Positions 1-7,529 of a stretch of DNA of 20,000 nucleotides are shown in pieces. The notes beneath the pieces were generated by a model. It was not told where the DNA came from. It saw nothing but the letters and a program-made list of their open reading frames with translations, and ran no database searches. This DNA is from an uncultured virus (IMG/VR IMGVR_UViG_3300017719_000005). Lineage: Duplodnaviria > Heunggongvirae > Uroviricota > Caudoviricetes > Kyanoviridae. The stretch's first letter is position 1, and each line of letters begins with the position of its first letter. The stretch is from the IMG/VR virus record IMGVR_UViG_3300017719_000005. One strand, written 5' to 3'. Made by a program: the position numbers and the translations under genes.

Positions 1-54
1 ACCTGCAGTACCTACAAATGATAGGACTGCCATTACATTAATTAGTTTTTGCAT
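1..54 (-). CDS. N-terminus of a hypothetical membrane protein (partial, runs off the left edge)
   Basis: Manual translation from ATG at 54-52: MQKLINVMAVLSFVGTAG..., a hydrophobic N-terminus 5 nt after the upstream stop; resembles cyanophage hypotheticals I recall (not verified). Confidence 0.6.
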   Translation of the reverse strand, partial: MQKLINVMAVLSFVGTAG

Positions 55-59
55 AACAT

Positions 60-482
60 TTACAGTTTGTAGGATTCATCTGTAGAAATTTTGATTGGTC
101 CCTGCTCAAGACGAATAGTCTGTGAAGGTGCAGTCTGTGCTGCTTTCTCAATCAATCTTTCCATCTGGTCTTTGGTAATTCCACCACCATTACCACCACC
201 TTCTCCAGCTTTCTTTGCTGCCTGAACACCAAAAGTAGCCAAAACGCCTGTGAAGACGCTGGCTATGAAAGTTGGATCCAGTTTCTGCTCTGGAATACCC
301 AGTGCAGGGGGTAATTTAATATACGCTAGAGTGAGTATACCACCACTCCAAACGAGAATACCAAGTCTAACAAAAGTAGACAGAATAGCTAGCTGCTCTT
401 CTTTGTCATCAGCTGCTTCTTTGATTTTACCTAGGAGACCTTTCTTTTTAGGTTCTTCCTTCGGTGTGGTTTCTTGTGACAT
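60..482 (-). CDS. Conserved cyanophage hypothetical membrane protein
   Basis: Two hydrophobic segments (LGILVWSGGILTLAYI; DPTFIASVFTGVLATFGV); TAATG stop/start overlap with regA. Confidence 0.75.
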   Translation of the reverse strand: MSQETTPKEEPKKKGLLGKIKEAADDKEEQLAILSTFVRLGILVWSGGILTLAYIKLPPALGIPEQKLDPTFIASVFTGVLATFGVQAAKKAGEGGGNGGGITKDQMERLIEKAAQTAPSQTIRLEQGPIKISTDESYKL

Positions 483-904
483 TAGGATTCAACTGGTTGT
501 TTTTTCTTCCCAATATTATATTTGGACTCTAGAGACCATTCACCTTTATCCTTAAAGGACAAAACTTTGATTTGGTTAAGGGGAGCAAGCTCTCCTACCT
601 CTTCATCACGAGCAATGTCAATCAGACCCCAGTCTGATAACAGTTTCGCAATGCGACTTCTACGTTCGATATCATTCGTAGTGATGTTTGTTGGCTTACC
701 ATCCAACGCAAACAACTCCTTGAAGTGTACGACGTAATACTTACCACGTTTGTGGAGAATGTGACAAGACTGATACAGTTTGCGCTCTTTCCTAGACGCA
801 ACACCAATACGGGTGAGGGTTTCTCTTACCTTGAGAAAATCGTCGGGTTCTTTAAGCGTCACTTCTAACATCATGTCTTGAGACCATTGGATCTCATCGC
901 TCAT
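482..904 (-). CDS. regA: Translational repressor RegA
   Basis: DDFLKVRETLTRIGVAS...LYQSCHILHKRGKYYVVHFKELFALDG is the RegA signature; follows gp62 with an ATGA overlap as in T4-like phages. Confidence 0.97.
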   Translation of the reverse strand: MSDEIQWSQDMMLEVTLKEPDDFLKVRETLTRIGVASRKERKLYQSCHILHKRGKYYVVHFKELFALDGKPTNITTNDIERRSRIAKLLSDWGLIDIARDEEVGELAPLNQIKVLSFKDKGEWSLESKYNIGKKKQPVES

Positions 905-1293
905 TTCTTACCTCCAGTATTCAATTTAGATGCAATAATTTTTAGCTGGTCCTGGGTTAGAATCTTTAGTGCCGCTTGTGCTTTCTCAGTGTTGTAACCA
1001 TAGTATCGTTTAACTAGGTCAAGATCACCGTCTTTTATCTTCTTGTCCCACGGGGAAAATCTCTTCGATTTCCTAACACTATATAGGAAATATTGATATT
1101 GTAAGTCACTATCTAAGTTCTGACACGCATTCATCTCATTAGCGTGCATCAACGTATCAATGTGGTGCATCATACACTTATTGATAACGTATGCTGGATA
1201 CTTCTTCATAGCAATAGGATCCTCTGAGAGATCCCCTTGCTTCAGGTTGATACTGTTGAGGTAATCTTTGAGAGGAATGTCATACTGTTTCAT
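901..1293 (-). CDS. gp62: Clamp loader small subunit gp62
   Basis: LKDYLNSIN, YPAYVINK, QYQYFLYSVRKSKRFSPW, LVKRYYGYN..KA..ALKILT motifs; directly upstream of regA. Confidence 0.93.
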   Translation of the reverse strand: MKQYDIPLKDYLNSINLKQGDLSEDPIAMKKYPAYVINKCMMHHIDTLMHANEMNACQNLDSDLQYQYFLYSVRKSKRFSPWDKKIKDGDLDLVKRYYGYNTEKAQAALKILTQDQLKIIASKLNTGGKK

Positions 1294-2125
1294 AAAGGGA
1301 TGCCAGAGGAGTGGATTCAGTGAAGTTGGTAACTAACAATTCAGTCTTGAGTTTATTATCTGGACGGTGCTTCATACCATAGGTAATACGAAACTCTTCT
1401 TGATGGTAGTCAGTATATGCTTCTTTCAACTCATCGTCAATGTTGTATGTAACCAACCAACTGTGAGGACATACCTTACAGTCTTCCACAAACTGAGTGT
1501 GGTTAAAATTCTTATGCATCTCGGCGTTAGTGCCGTAGAGATATGTGTTGATCTTGTATGGAGGATCCAGGAAGATGAATGTATTACTCAACCCCTCCTC
1601 AGTATTCATTACGGTCTGGTAATCTAGGTTAGTGATACGCCAGTGCTGAATGATCTCAGAGATATTCTTCAGGTTATGAGCACCACGGGTGGTGAAGTTT
1701 TGATTGGATGCAGTCTTAGAGAAGGAAGAGTTTTCAGTCAACCCGCTATAGCTACACTTATTAAGAATCCAAAAGAGCACAGCTTGGCGAAAAGTATCTG
1801 CGTTGGATATCTCTGCTTTAGCAGATACGAATAACTCTTTCGCTTTTTCTTCCGTGCTGTTTTCGACTTTGATATTGTAGAGAGTATCCGATAACTCATC
1901 GCCACGCTCTTGGAGCATCTTCCAAAAACTGTAGAGGTAGACATACTTATCATTAATCCATATGGGAACGTCAGGATACTTCTGAGAGAATAGCAGTGCT
2001 ACACTCCCACCACCCACGAAGGGCTCACGAAATTCATTGATCTCACTTGGGAATTTCTCAAGCAACGTCTTTGCTACCCTTGATTTACCACCAGGATAAC
2101 GGAGTGGAGTTTTCAAATACTTCAT
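1280..2125 (-). CDS. dam: DNA adenine methyltransferase (Dam/D12 class)
   Basis: PLRYPGGKSR, SAM-binding EPFVGGGSV and catalytic DPPY motifs, C-terminal ELLVTNF. Target specificity cannot be determined from the sequence. Confidence 0.92.
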   Translation of the reverse strand: MKYLKTPLRYPGGKSRVAKTLLEKFPSEINEFREPFVGGGSVALLFSQKYPDVPIWINDKYVYLYSFWKMLQERGDELSDTLYNIKVENSTEEKAKELFVSAKAEISNADTFRQAVLFWILNKCSYSGLTENSSFSKTASNQNFTTRGAHNLKNISEIIQHWRITNLDYQTVMNTEEGLSNTFIFLDPPYKINTYLYGTNAEMHKNFNHTQFVEDCKVCPHSWLVTYNIDDELKEAYTDYHQEEFRITYGMKHRPDNKLKTELLVTNFTESTPLASLYETV

Positions 2126-2766
2126 TGTATAGAGACGTGTAGTTGTGGCATTTCAAATGGACCTACATTTATGTTTCCACAAGGGAATACATTAAATGAA
2201 ATAGTCCAACGGTCATAGTTATCTAGTTGACGACCTGAGTAGTGTCGTAACCAGGAGGGAAAGAGAATAAGTTTATTCTCCTGTGCATCAACCTTTTCAT
2301 TGATACCCCAATCACGCTCCATCATATCACCTTGGAAGACATCTAGTGTGTCGTATGTCCGAGGTGTAACAGGATCGTCAAAGAAGGTAGGAGCACCTGG
2401 AGTGAGGTAGTAGACAGCACTCAGATAGGACATTGGATGCCTGTGTAAGGGGTGTCCATACCCACTCCCTGCAGGTGCATGGTTAAACCACATAGAAGAG
2501 ATCTCTAAGGCATCACAGTAGAGTTTGTAGGCATACCTATACTCTGCCAGACAGTCCCAGAAGAACTGCCTCAACTCTGTGATAGGACCCTCCTCAAGTT
2601 TATGGAGATCAGGACGTGAAGTAATGACACCTTCAGGAAAGTTGGACTGCTGAGCAGGATACCCATCCATTGATTCAATCACACGTTGATTGAGAGTCTC
2701 GTCTGGTTGTTGATATGTCCTGCACACGACAGGAAACATATGTACTTCAGTCCCTTGCATAGTCAC
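2122..2766 (-). CDS. 2OG-Fe(II) oxygenase superfamily protein (TIGR02466-like); start may be 2760
   Basis: MWFN...HPLHRHPMSYLSAVYYL...LILFPSWLRHY...RWTISFN, the double-stranded beta-helix oxygenase pattern common in cyanomyoviruses. Confidence 0.85.
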   Translation of the reverse strand: MTMQGTEVHMFPVVCRTYQQPDETLNQRVIESMDGYPAQQSNFPEGVITSRPDLHKLEEGPITELRQFFWDCLAEYRYAYKLYCDALEISSMWFNHAPAGSGYGHPLHRHPMSYLSAVYYLTPGAPTFFDDPVTPRTYDTLDVFQGDMMERDWGINEKVDAQENKLILFPSWLRHYSGRQLDNYDRWTISFNVFPCGNINVGPFEMPQLHVSIQ

Positions 2767-3412
2767 TAAGTTTCAATGGTCCAAGATCATCATTCCATGA
2801 TTCTACTTTGACTTTACTCATAGGTTTACCCCATCCGCCTTGGTTAATACCCCCATCAGGATAGGTATTGAAGGCAATAGTATACCTATCAACATCATCA
2901 TGATTGGGTAAACTAGCATGGATCATGTAACTAGGAAATACAACCAACCCACCTGGACCACCATGAAATGCCAACTCCTGAGCGATTTTACCATCTAAAT
3001 GGAAAGATCCCCACTCTCTCTGGAAGAGGGGGTCAACAAAGATTGTAGGAGCACCTTTAGTGAGGTAGAAGATACCACTCAGATAAGACATAGGATGTCT
3101 GTGAGCATCATGATGATGAGCAGAATTTGCTAGGGATCTATTTGCCCATGCCTTATTGACTGCCAGACGATCACAATCGTAACCAGCATCAAAGTGAATG
3201 GTATCCACACACTCCTGAAACCAGGACATGAGTGGTTTGAATACTTCCCTACGATGAATGTCATCGCTTGTTTTAACACCAGTAGGTTCGTTGTATGCTT
3301 TATACTCTACGTCTTGTAAAAGACCTAGAGTAGTGTCAACTAAAAATTGATCACAACGAAACTCATAACACTGGACAGGAAAGAAGTTTAGTGCTTCGTA
3401 ATTTTGCCTCAC
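2747..3412 (-). CDS. 2OG-Fe(II) oxygenase superfamily protein (TIGR02466-like)
   Basis: AWAN...HDAHRHPMSYLSGIFYL...LVVFPSYMIHAS...RYTIAFN; GTG start overlapping the upstream stop (GTGA). Confidence 0.85.
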   Translation of the reverse strand: MRQNYEALNFFPVQCYEFRCDQFLVDTTLGLLQDVEYKAYNEPTGVKTSDDIHRREVFKPLMSWFQECVDTIHFDAGYDCDRLAVNKAWANRSLANSAHHHDAHRHPMSYLSGIFYLTKGAPTIFVDPLFQREWGSFHLDGKIAQELAFHGGPGGLVVFPSYMIHASLPNHDDVDRYTIAFNTYPDGGINQGGWGKPMSKVKVESWNDDLGPLKLSDYARD

Positions 3413-3609
3413 ATGTATCCCTCATATGGATTTGGTTTTGCCTCCAACAACACACCGTTAACCTTATTAATTAGATCTTCCATAGAGTAATGCAACTTAC
3501 GGTATCCACTACCAACATAGAGTTGACCTAGCAGTACTGAAACAGTAGCAACACCCCAGAAGATGTAATAAAATTTGGACTTAACTTGTGCTCTCCTCTT
3601 TTCAATCAT
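3409..3609 (-). CDS. Small single-pass membrane hypothetical protein
   Basis: Hydrophobic stretch FYYIFWGVATVSVLLGQLYVG; ATG at 3609-3607 overlaps the upstream stop (TGATG); alternative GTG start at 3612. Confidence 0.7.
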   Translation of the reverse strand: MIEKRRAQVKSKFYYIFWGVATVSVLLGQLYVGSGYRKLHYSMEDLINKVNGVLLEAKPNPYEGYM

Positions 3610-3899
3610 CACATGATCAGTTTTTTACTAGGGGTCTCAATGATACTAAACATTTGCTCAAACTGTTTGACTACTGCCTCTTGAGTGTCCAGAGGACCGA
3701 AGACAAGGTAGTCTTTGGGGACAGTCACAGGTGCATCACGTCCATTCAGGAGTGGTGCCCAAGGAGCAAACCCCAGTCTACCTTCTCCACTAGGGATAGC
3801 GACAATAGGGTTACAGAAGGTGACACTAAGTGCAGTGTCTTCGATCAGGTCTGCAACGACATCTTCGCCAGACCGCATACGGAATAGTTTTACATTCAT
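3609..3899 (-). CDS. Hypothetical protein, probably a small Sm-like beta-barrel
   Basis: VKLFRMRSGEDVVADL N-terminus, FAPWAP, C-terminal IETPSKKLIM; ATGA overlap with gp44. The fold is an inference. Confidence 0.7.
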   Translation of the reverse strand: MNVKLFRMRSGEDVVADLIEDTALSVTFCNPIVAIPSGEGRLGFAPWAPLLNGRDAPVTVPKDYLVFGPLDTQEAVVKQFEQMFSIIETPSKKLIM

Positions 3900-4843
3900 T
3901 TGAATTCACATCTCATCATTAACTCAGTCAGGAATGCCACCATGTTGATCTCTTGGTCAACAACGAAAGCAGACTTATACTGATACTCAGAGATGACCAG
4001 CACTGCTTCAGGAATGGACTTTGGTTGGACATGGGTGTAGAGGTTGTCATAGATTTTTCTCATAATAGAAATAGGCTCGTTGTCCATATTCTGAGTCACC
4101 CACTTCTTCATGTTGGTAAACTCTTTTGTGCGAATATATCCCACGAGGTTGGTAATATTGATGTCATTGGAGACACCAAGGATACCTGTGTCAATCTTTC
4201 CCGAAGAAGAATACCGTTGCAACTCATTGAGTGTGCGACGGAAGTCAGGGAAATGTTTCTGGACCACCTCAGCGACAACCTTTGGCTCATAGTTGACGCC
4301 TTCACTATCTAGGATAGTTTTGACACGGTTGAAGAATGCTCCTGCCAGTGCTCGCTTCTCCTCACCTTTGAGGGAGAATTCAACAACAGAGCATCGTGAG
4401 TGTAGAGGGGAGATGATCTTGTTCTTGTAGTTACAAGTGAAGATAAATCTACAGTTACCTTGAAACTCTTCGATGCAAGCACGAAGAAGCATCTGCACAT
4501 CAGGTGTGGTGTTGTCTGCCTCATCAATAATGATGACCTTGTGCTTAGCAGTGGAGGTCAACGATACTGTGGAAGCATATACCTTTGCCTGATTACGGAC
4601 GGTATCGAGGAAACGACCTTCGTCAGATCCGTTGATAACCAGACAGTCAGCACCTAACTCTTTACACAGTGCCTTAGCGATAGTAGTTTTACCAACACCA
4701 GCAGACCCTGAGAGTAAGAGATTAGGGATCTCACCCTGATCAAGGAAACCTTGAAAGATTTCCTTAGTGCTTCCTGGTAGAATGCACTCCTCAATAGTCT
4801 GAGGACGATACTTTTCTACCCAAAGAAACAGTTTGTTACTCAT
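3896..4843 (-). CDS. gp44: Clamp loader large subunit gp44 (RFC-like AAA+)
   Basis: LWVEKYRP, Walker A GSAGVGKTT, Walker B IIIDEAD, SRC motif (LHSRC), FPDFRRTLNELQRY. Confidence 0.97.
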   Translation of the reverse strand: MSNKLFLWVEKYRPQTIEECILPGSTKEIFQGFLDQGEIPNLLLSGSAGVGKTTIAKALCKELGADCLVINGSDEGRFLDTVRNQAKVYASTVSLTSTAKHKVIIIDEADNTTPDVQMLLRACIEEFQGNCRFIFTCNYKNKIISPLHSRCSVVEFSLKGEEKRALAGAFFNRVKTILDSEGVNYEPKVVAEVVQKHFPDFRRTLNELQRYSSSGKIDTGILGVSNDINITNLVGYIRTKEFTNMKKWVTQNMDNEPISIMRKIYDNLYTHVQPKSIPEAVLVISEYQYKSAFVVDQEINMVAFLTELMMRCEFK

Positions 4844-5562
4844 TTGTTAGGCTCGAGTGCGATGAAATAGTTGAGTGAGGAGTTGGAGAGACTGGAGAAG
4901 TTAGCGATGTTACGTCGTGAGAGACATACATGGTAACTGCCAGGGAGCAGTTTCAGGTTCTCAACCTTGAAACAATAACAGAATGTCATACGCTCAACTG
5001 TCATGTTACCTGGGTCACTAAAGGTTGGTTTCTTCAGTGGCAGGGAGAAGACATTGGACGTGTCATTCTTCTTGTCTTTCACGCAGATACTATACTCACC
5101 TTCATATCCATAGATGCAGAGATCTTCCACACCATAGACTTTAGATGCCTGCATCAGTTGCTCCAGGTCCTGCTGTGGCAGGTCAAAGAACAATTCAGGA
5201 TCAGGGAGGTCAGGATTAAACTCAGGGACTCTGCCGATGATCTCAGGGTCACTGTAGTAGAAGGTGGTCTTACCCTTGGTGTCCTCATCATAGATCACAA
5301 CCTTCTTGTTATCAGGGAAGAAGAGAGTGGGAGTCTTGAAAAGTGACAGAGCACCGAGGAAGAGTGGCAGATCATAGATTGCCATCTGCTCAGGGATTCC
5401 TTCACGGATGTCGCTTGCTGCGATGATATTCTTATTGACTGACATCGTTTCTACAAACTTACCAGGATCAATAAGAATAGACTTGTTAATAGCACTGAAG
5501 TTGCGAAGCACCTCAATGGTTTGCTTGCTCAATTTAACAGTTTGTCTTGCTTCGGCTTGCAT
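4840..5562 (-). CDS. gp45: Sliding clamp gp45
   Basis: VKLSKQTIEVLRNFSAINKSILI, IYDLPLFL, YYSDPEII, FKVENLKLLPGSY, YFIALEP; immediately upstream of gp44. Confidence 0.93.
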   Translation of the reverse strand: MQAEARQTVKLSKQTIEVLRNFSAINKSILIDPGKFVETMSVNKNIIAASDIREGIPEQMAIYDLPLFLGALSLFKTPTLFFPDNKKVVIYDEDTKGKTTFYYSDPEIIGRVPEFNPDLPDPELFFDLPQQDLEQLMQASKVYGVEDLCIYGYEGEYSICVKDKKNDTSNVFSLPLKKPTFSDPGNMTVERMTFCYCFKVENLKLLPGSYHVCLSRRNIANFSSLSNSSLNYFIALEPNK

Positions 5563-5564
5563 AG

Positions 5565-5855
5565 TTACTGGGGGTAAGTTTCTTTGATTGCTGATTCGTC
5601 ACTGAAATGAATCAGTAACACAGCGTAGTGTAGCACTTTCATAAGGTCACGTCTAGCAGTGCCTTTCTTGTCATAGCGAGAGGCATACTTCAGGATGTTA
5701 CTCCTACAGAATGCCTCAGCGTCACCACAAGCATTGATGAGATCAAGGGTCTGGACACCTTCACCATTACCACTGGAATAGTGCTGCTGGTAGGTGGCGC
5801 AGATGTAGTCTTTCAACTCCTTGATGATCTCTTCTTCGTTATACTTGTTTGCCAT
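5565..5855 (-). CDS. Conserved hypothetical protein (DUF3310-like)
   Basis: KYNEEEII...TYQQHYS...QTLDLI...FCRSNILKYASRYDKKG...DLMKVLHYAVLL; commonly found between cobS and gp45 in cyanomyoviruses. Confidence 0.75.
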   Translation of the reverse strand: MANKYNEEEIIKELKDYICATYQQHYSSGNGEGVQTLDLINACGDAEAFCRSNILKYASRYDKKGTARRDLMKVLHYAVLLIHFSDESAIKETYPQ

Positions 5856-5877
5856 AATATACAGAGATTATCTATAA

Positions 5878-5906
5878 AGGATATCAGAGATTGAGGGGAT
5901 TGTCAA
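5878..5906 (-). promoter_or_regulatory. Sigma70-like promoter for the replication-accessory operon
   Basis: Minus strand TTGACA (5906-5901), 17-nt spacer, TATCCT (5883-5878), about 22 nt upstream of the 5855 start; overlaps the end of the cobS-like gene. Confidence 0.55.
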
Positions 5907-6966
5907 CTGACACGTCAACGTCAGCATCGATCTTGTCATACAATTCGATGAATGATTGCTTGGTCTCGTCATCGAAACGATTGAGGCAGACCTTAATTGC
6001 CTTCACACGGTCAGAGAAGATGCTGTAAGCACGAATGATGTGGACAAGACGACGGGTGGAGATCACCTCATCGACACCACCATCCTTGAAAGTCTTACGG
6101 ATGATGTCTGCCCATGCAACAAGGTTCTTGATGAAGTCATCATCGCAGCAATCCAACTCAGAGCAGTAGTTATTGAGCATCTTGATCTCAATAGCAGGAG
6201 CAGGATACTCTTGCTCAAAGGTCACAGGGAAACGCTCAAGGAATGCCTCATTGAGCACGTTGGTGCCGATGAAACGACCGTCATCGCTGCCTTTACCCTT
6301 AGTATTAGCAGTAGCAAAGACGTTGAAACCAGGGGCAGGTGTGACGTGGCGACCAATCTTCTTGAGGAAGACACCCTTACCTTCTAGTATGGACTGCAGG
6401 CAGAGGATTTTGTTGGATGCGAGATCGATCTCGTCAAGAAGGAGCACTGCTCCCCGCTCAAGGGCTTCAATAACTGGTCCATTGTGCCATACAGTATTGC
6501 CATCGACAAGACGGAAACCGCCAATAAGATCGTCTTCATCAGTTTCAACAGTAATGTTTACGCGGATCAACTCACGTCCGAGTTGAGCACAGGATTGCTC
6601 CACACCAAGGGTCTTACCGTTACCTGAGAGACCAGTGATGAATGTAGGGTAGAAGATCTTGGACTTGATGATCTTCTTAAGGTCTGTAGCGTTGCCAAAG
6701 GGAACGTAGTTGGCATCCTTAGAAGGAATGAGTGATTCACTGTGCTTCACGACAGTCTCAAGTTGTTGCTTGACTTCTTGCACAGACAGATTCCACTTAC
6801 CAATACCTGCTTTGTATTCAGTGAGACGCTTCTTGACAGTAGCAAAGGAGCAGGAGAAGTGCTCAGCAGCACCAAGCAATTCTGTGGTGCCAACTTGCTC
6901 GCCGTGCTTGCTTTGAAGGTAGTCAACGATTTGATTGGTGGTCACAGGGTGTGGTGCGAATGTCAT
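5884..6966 (-). CDS. cobS: CobS-like (MoxR-type) AAA+ ATPase
   Basis: Walker A GLSGNGKT, Walker B LLLDEID, FATANTKGKG, NEAFLERF, ISTRRLVHI; typical cyanophage cobS. Confidence 0.92.
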   Translation of the reverse strand: MTFAPHPVTTNQIVDYLQSKHGEQVGTTELLGAAEHFSCSFATVKKRLTEYKAGIGKWNLSVQEVKQQLETVVKHSESLIPSKDANYVPFGNATDLKKIIKSKIFYPTFITGLSGNGKTLGVEQSCAQLGRELIRVNITVETDEDDLIGGFRLVDGNTVWHNGPVIEALERGAVLLLDEIDLASNKILCLQSILEGKGVFLKKIGRHVTPAPGFNVFATANTKGKGSDDGRFIGTNVLNEAFLERFPVTFEQEYPAPAIEIKMLNNYCSELDCCDDDFIKNLVAWADIIRKTFKDGGVDEVISTRRLVHIIRAYSIFSDRVKAIKVCLNRFDDETKQSFIELYDKIDADVDVSVDNPLNL

Positions 6967-6970
6967 GTGT

Positions 6971-7048
6971 TTCTTTGTTGTGTATACAGTAATTATACAC
7001 AGGTTGCGGTGGAGTAGTAGTCCACCCAGGACGGTTTGTGATCTGGCA
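6971..7048 (-). promoter_or_regulatory. Promoter module copy 1 (quasi-palindrome, hairpin, extended -10) upstream of cobS
   Basis: Minus strand TGCCAGATCACAAACCGTCC (7048-7029), hairpin GGTGGA-N7-TCCACC (7026-7008), CTGTGTATAAT (7002-6992), then TGTATACACAACAAAGAA before the ATG. Confidence 0.7.
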
Positions 7049-7529
7049 CACGCAGGTAGTTAGTCGCTACCCATGGTTTGCTTGCCACATACCGTTGGTA
7101 TGCTTCGATAGTAGAGATACTATCATCAAACTTCCACTCGTCAGGCATAGCGCGAGCGAACGGAGTGTGGTCATCAGGACAACCATGCTGATACGTGACT
7201 GCAGCAACTACGAGTGATGACTGACAGGCATGTCTTTTACCGTATCTATATGTATATTCTTCACATAGAGAAATGCCATGCTGCATCAACCACTGAATGT
7301 TATCATCAGACTCTGCTACCCACTTGGTGCAAGGGTGATTACGAAATGCACCCTTCTCTGTAGCGTAAGGAGTCCCATCCTTCTTAAGAACAGGACCCTC
7401 ATTGAGATACCACTTGCTGAATACAATGGCGAGCATTTGGCAACACTCTAGTGGCATCTTGACGATGTGCTTGTCTGGCAGACAAGTTGCTGCCAGGACA
7501 GGATCATCATCTACTGCAAAGATATTCAT
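6993..7529 (-). CDS. Pyrimidine-dimer DNA glycosylase / endonuclease V-like protein
   Basis: MNIF..DDDP..AA..LPDKHIVKMPLECCQML, NHPCTKW, LCEEYTYRYGKRH, PFARAMPDE, AYQRY match the DenV-related family; ATGA overlap with the cobT-like gene. Activity is not proven. Confidence 0.75.
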   Translation of the reverse strand: MNIFAVDDDPVLAATCLPDKHIVKMPLECCQMLAIVFSKWYLNEGPVLKKDGTPYATEKGAFRNHPCTKWVAESDDNIQWLMQHGISLCEEYTYRYGKRHACQSSLVVAAVTYQHGCPDDHTPFARAMPDEWKFDDSISTIEAYQRYVASKPWVATNYLRVPDHKPSWVDYYSTATCV

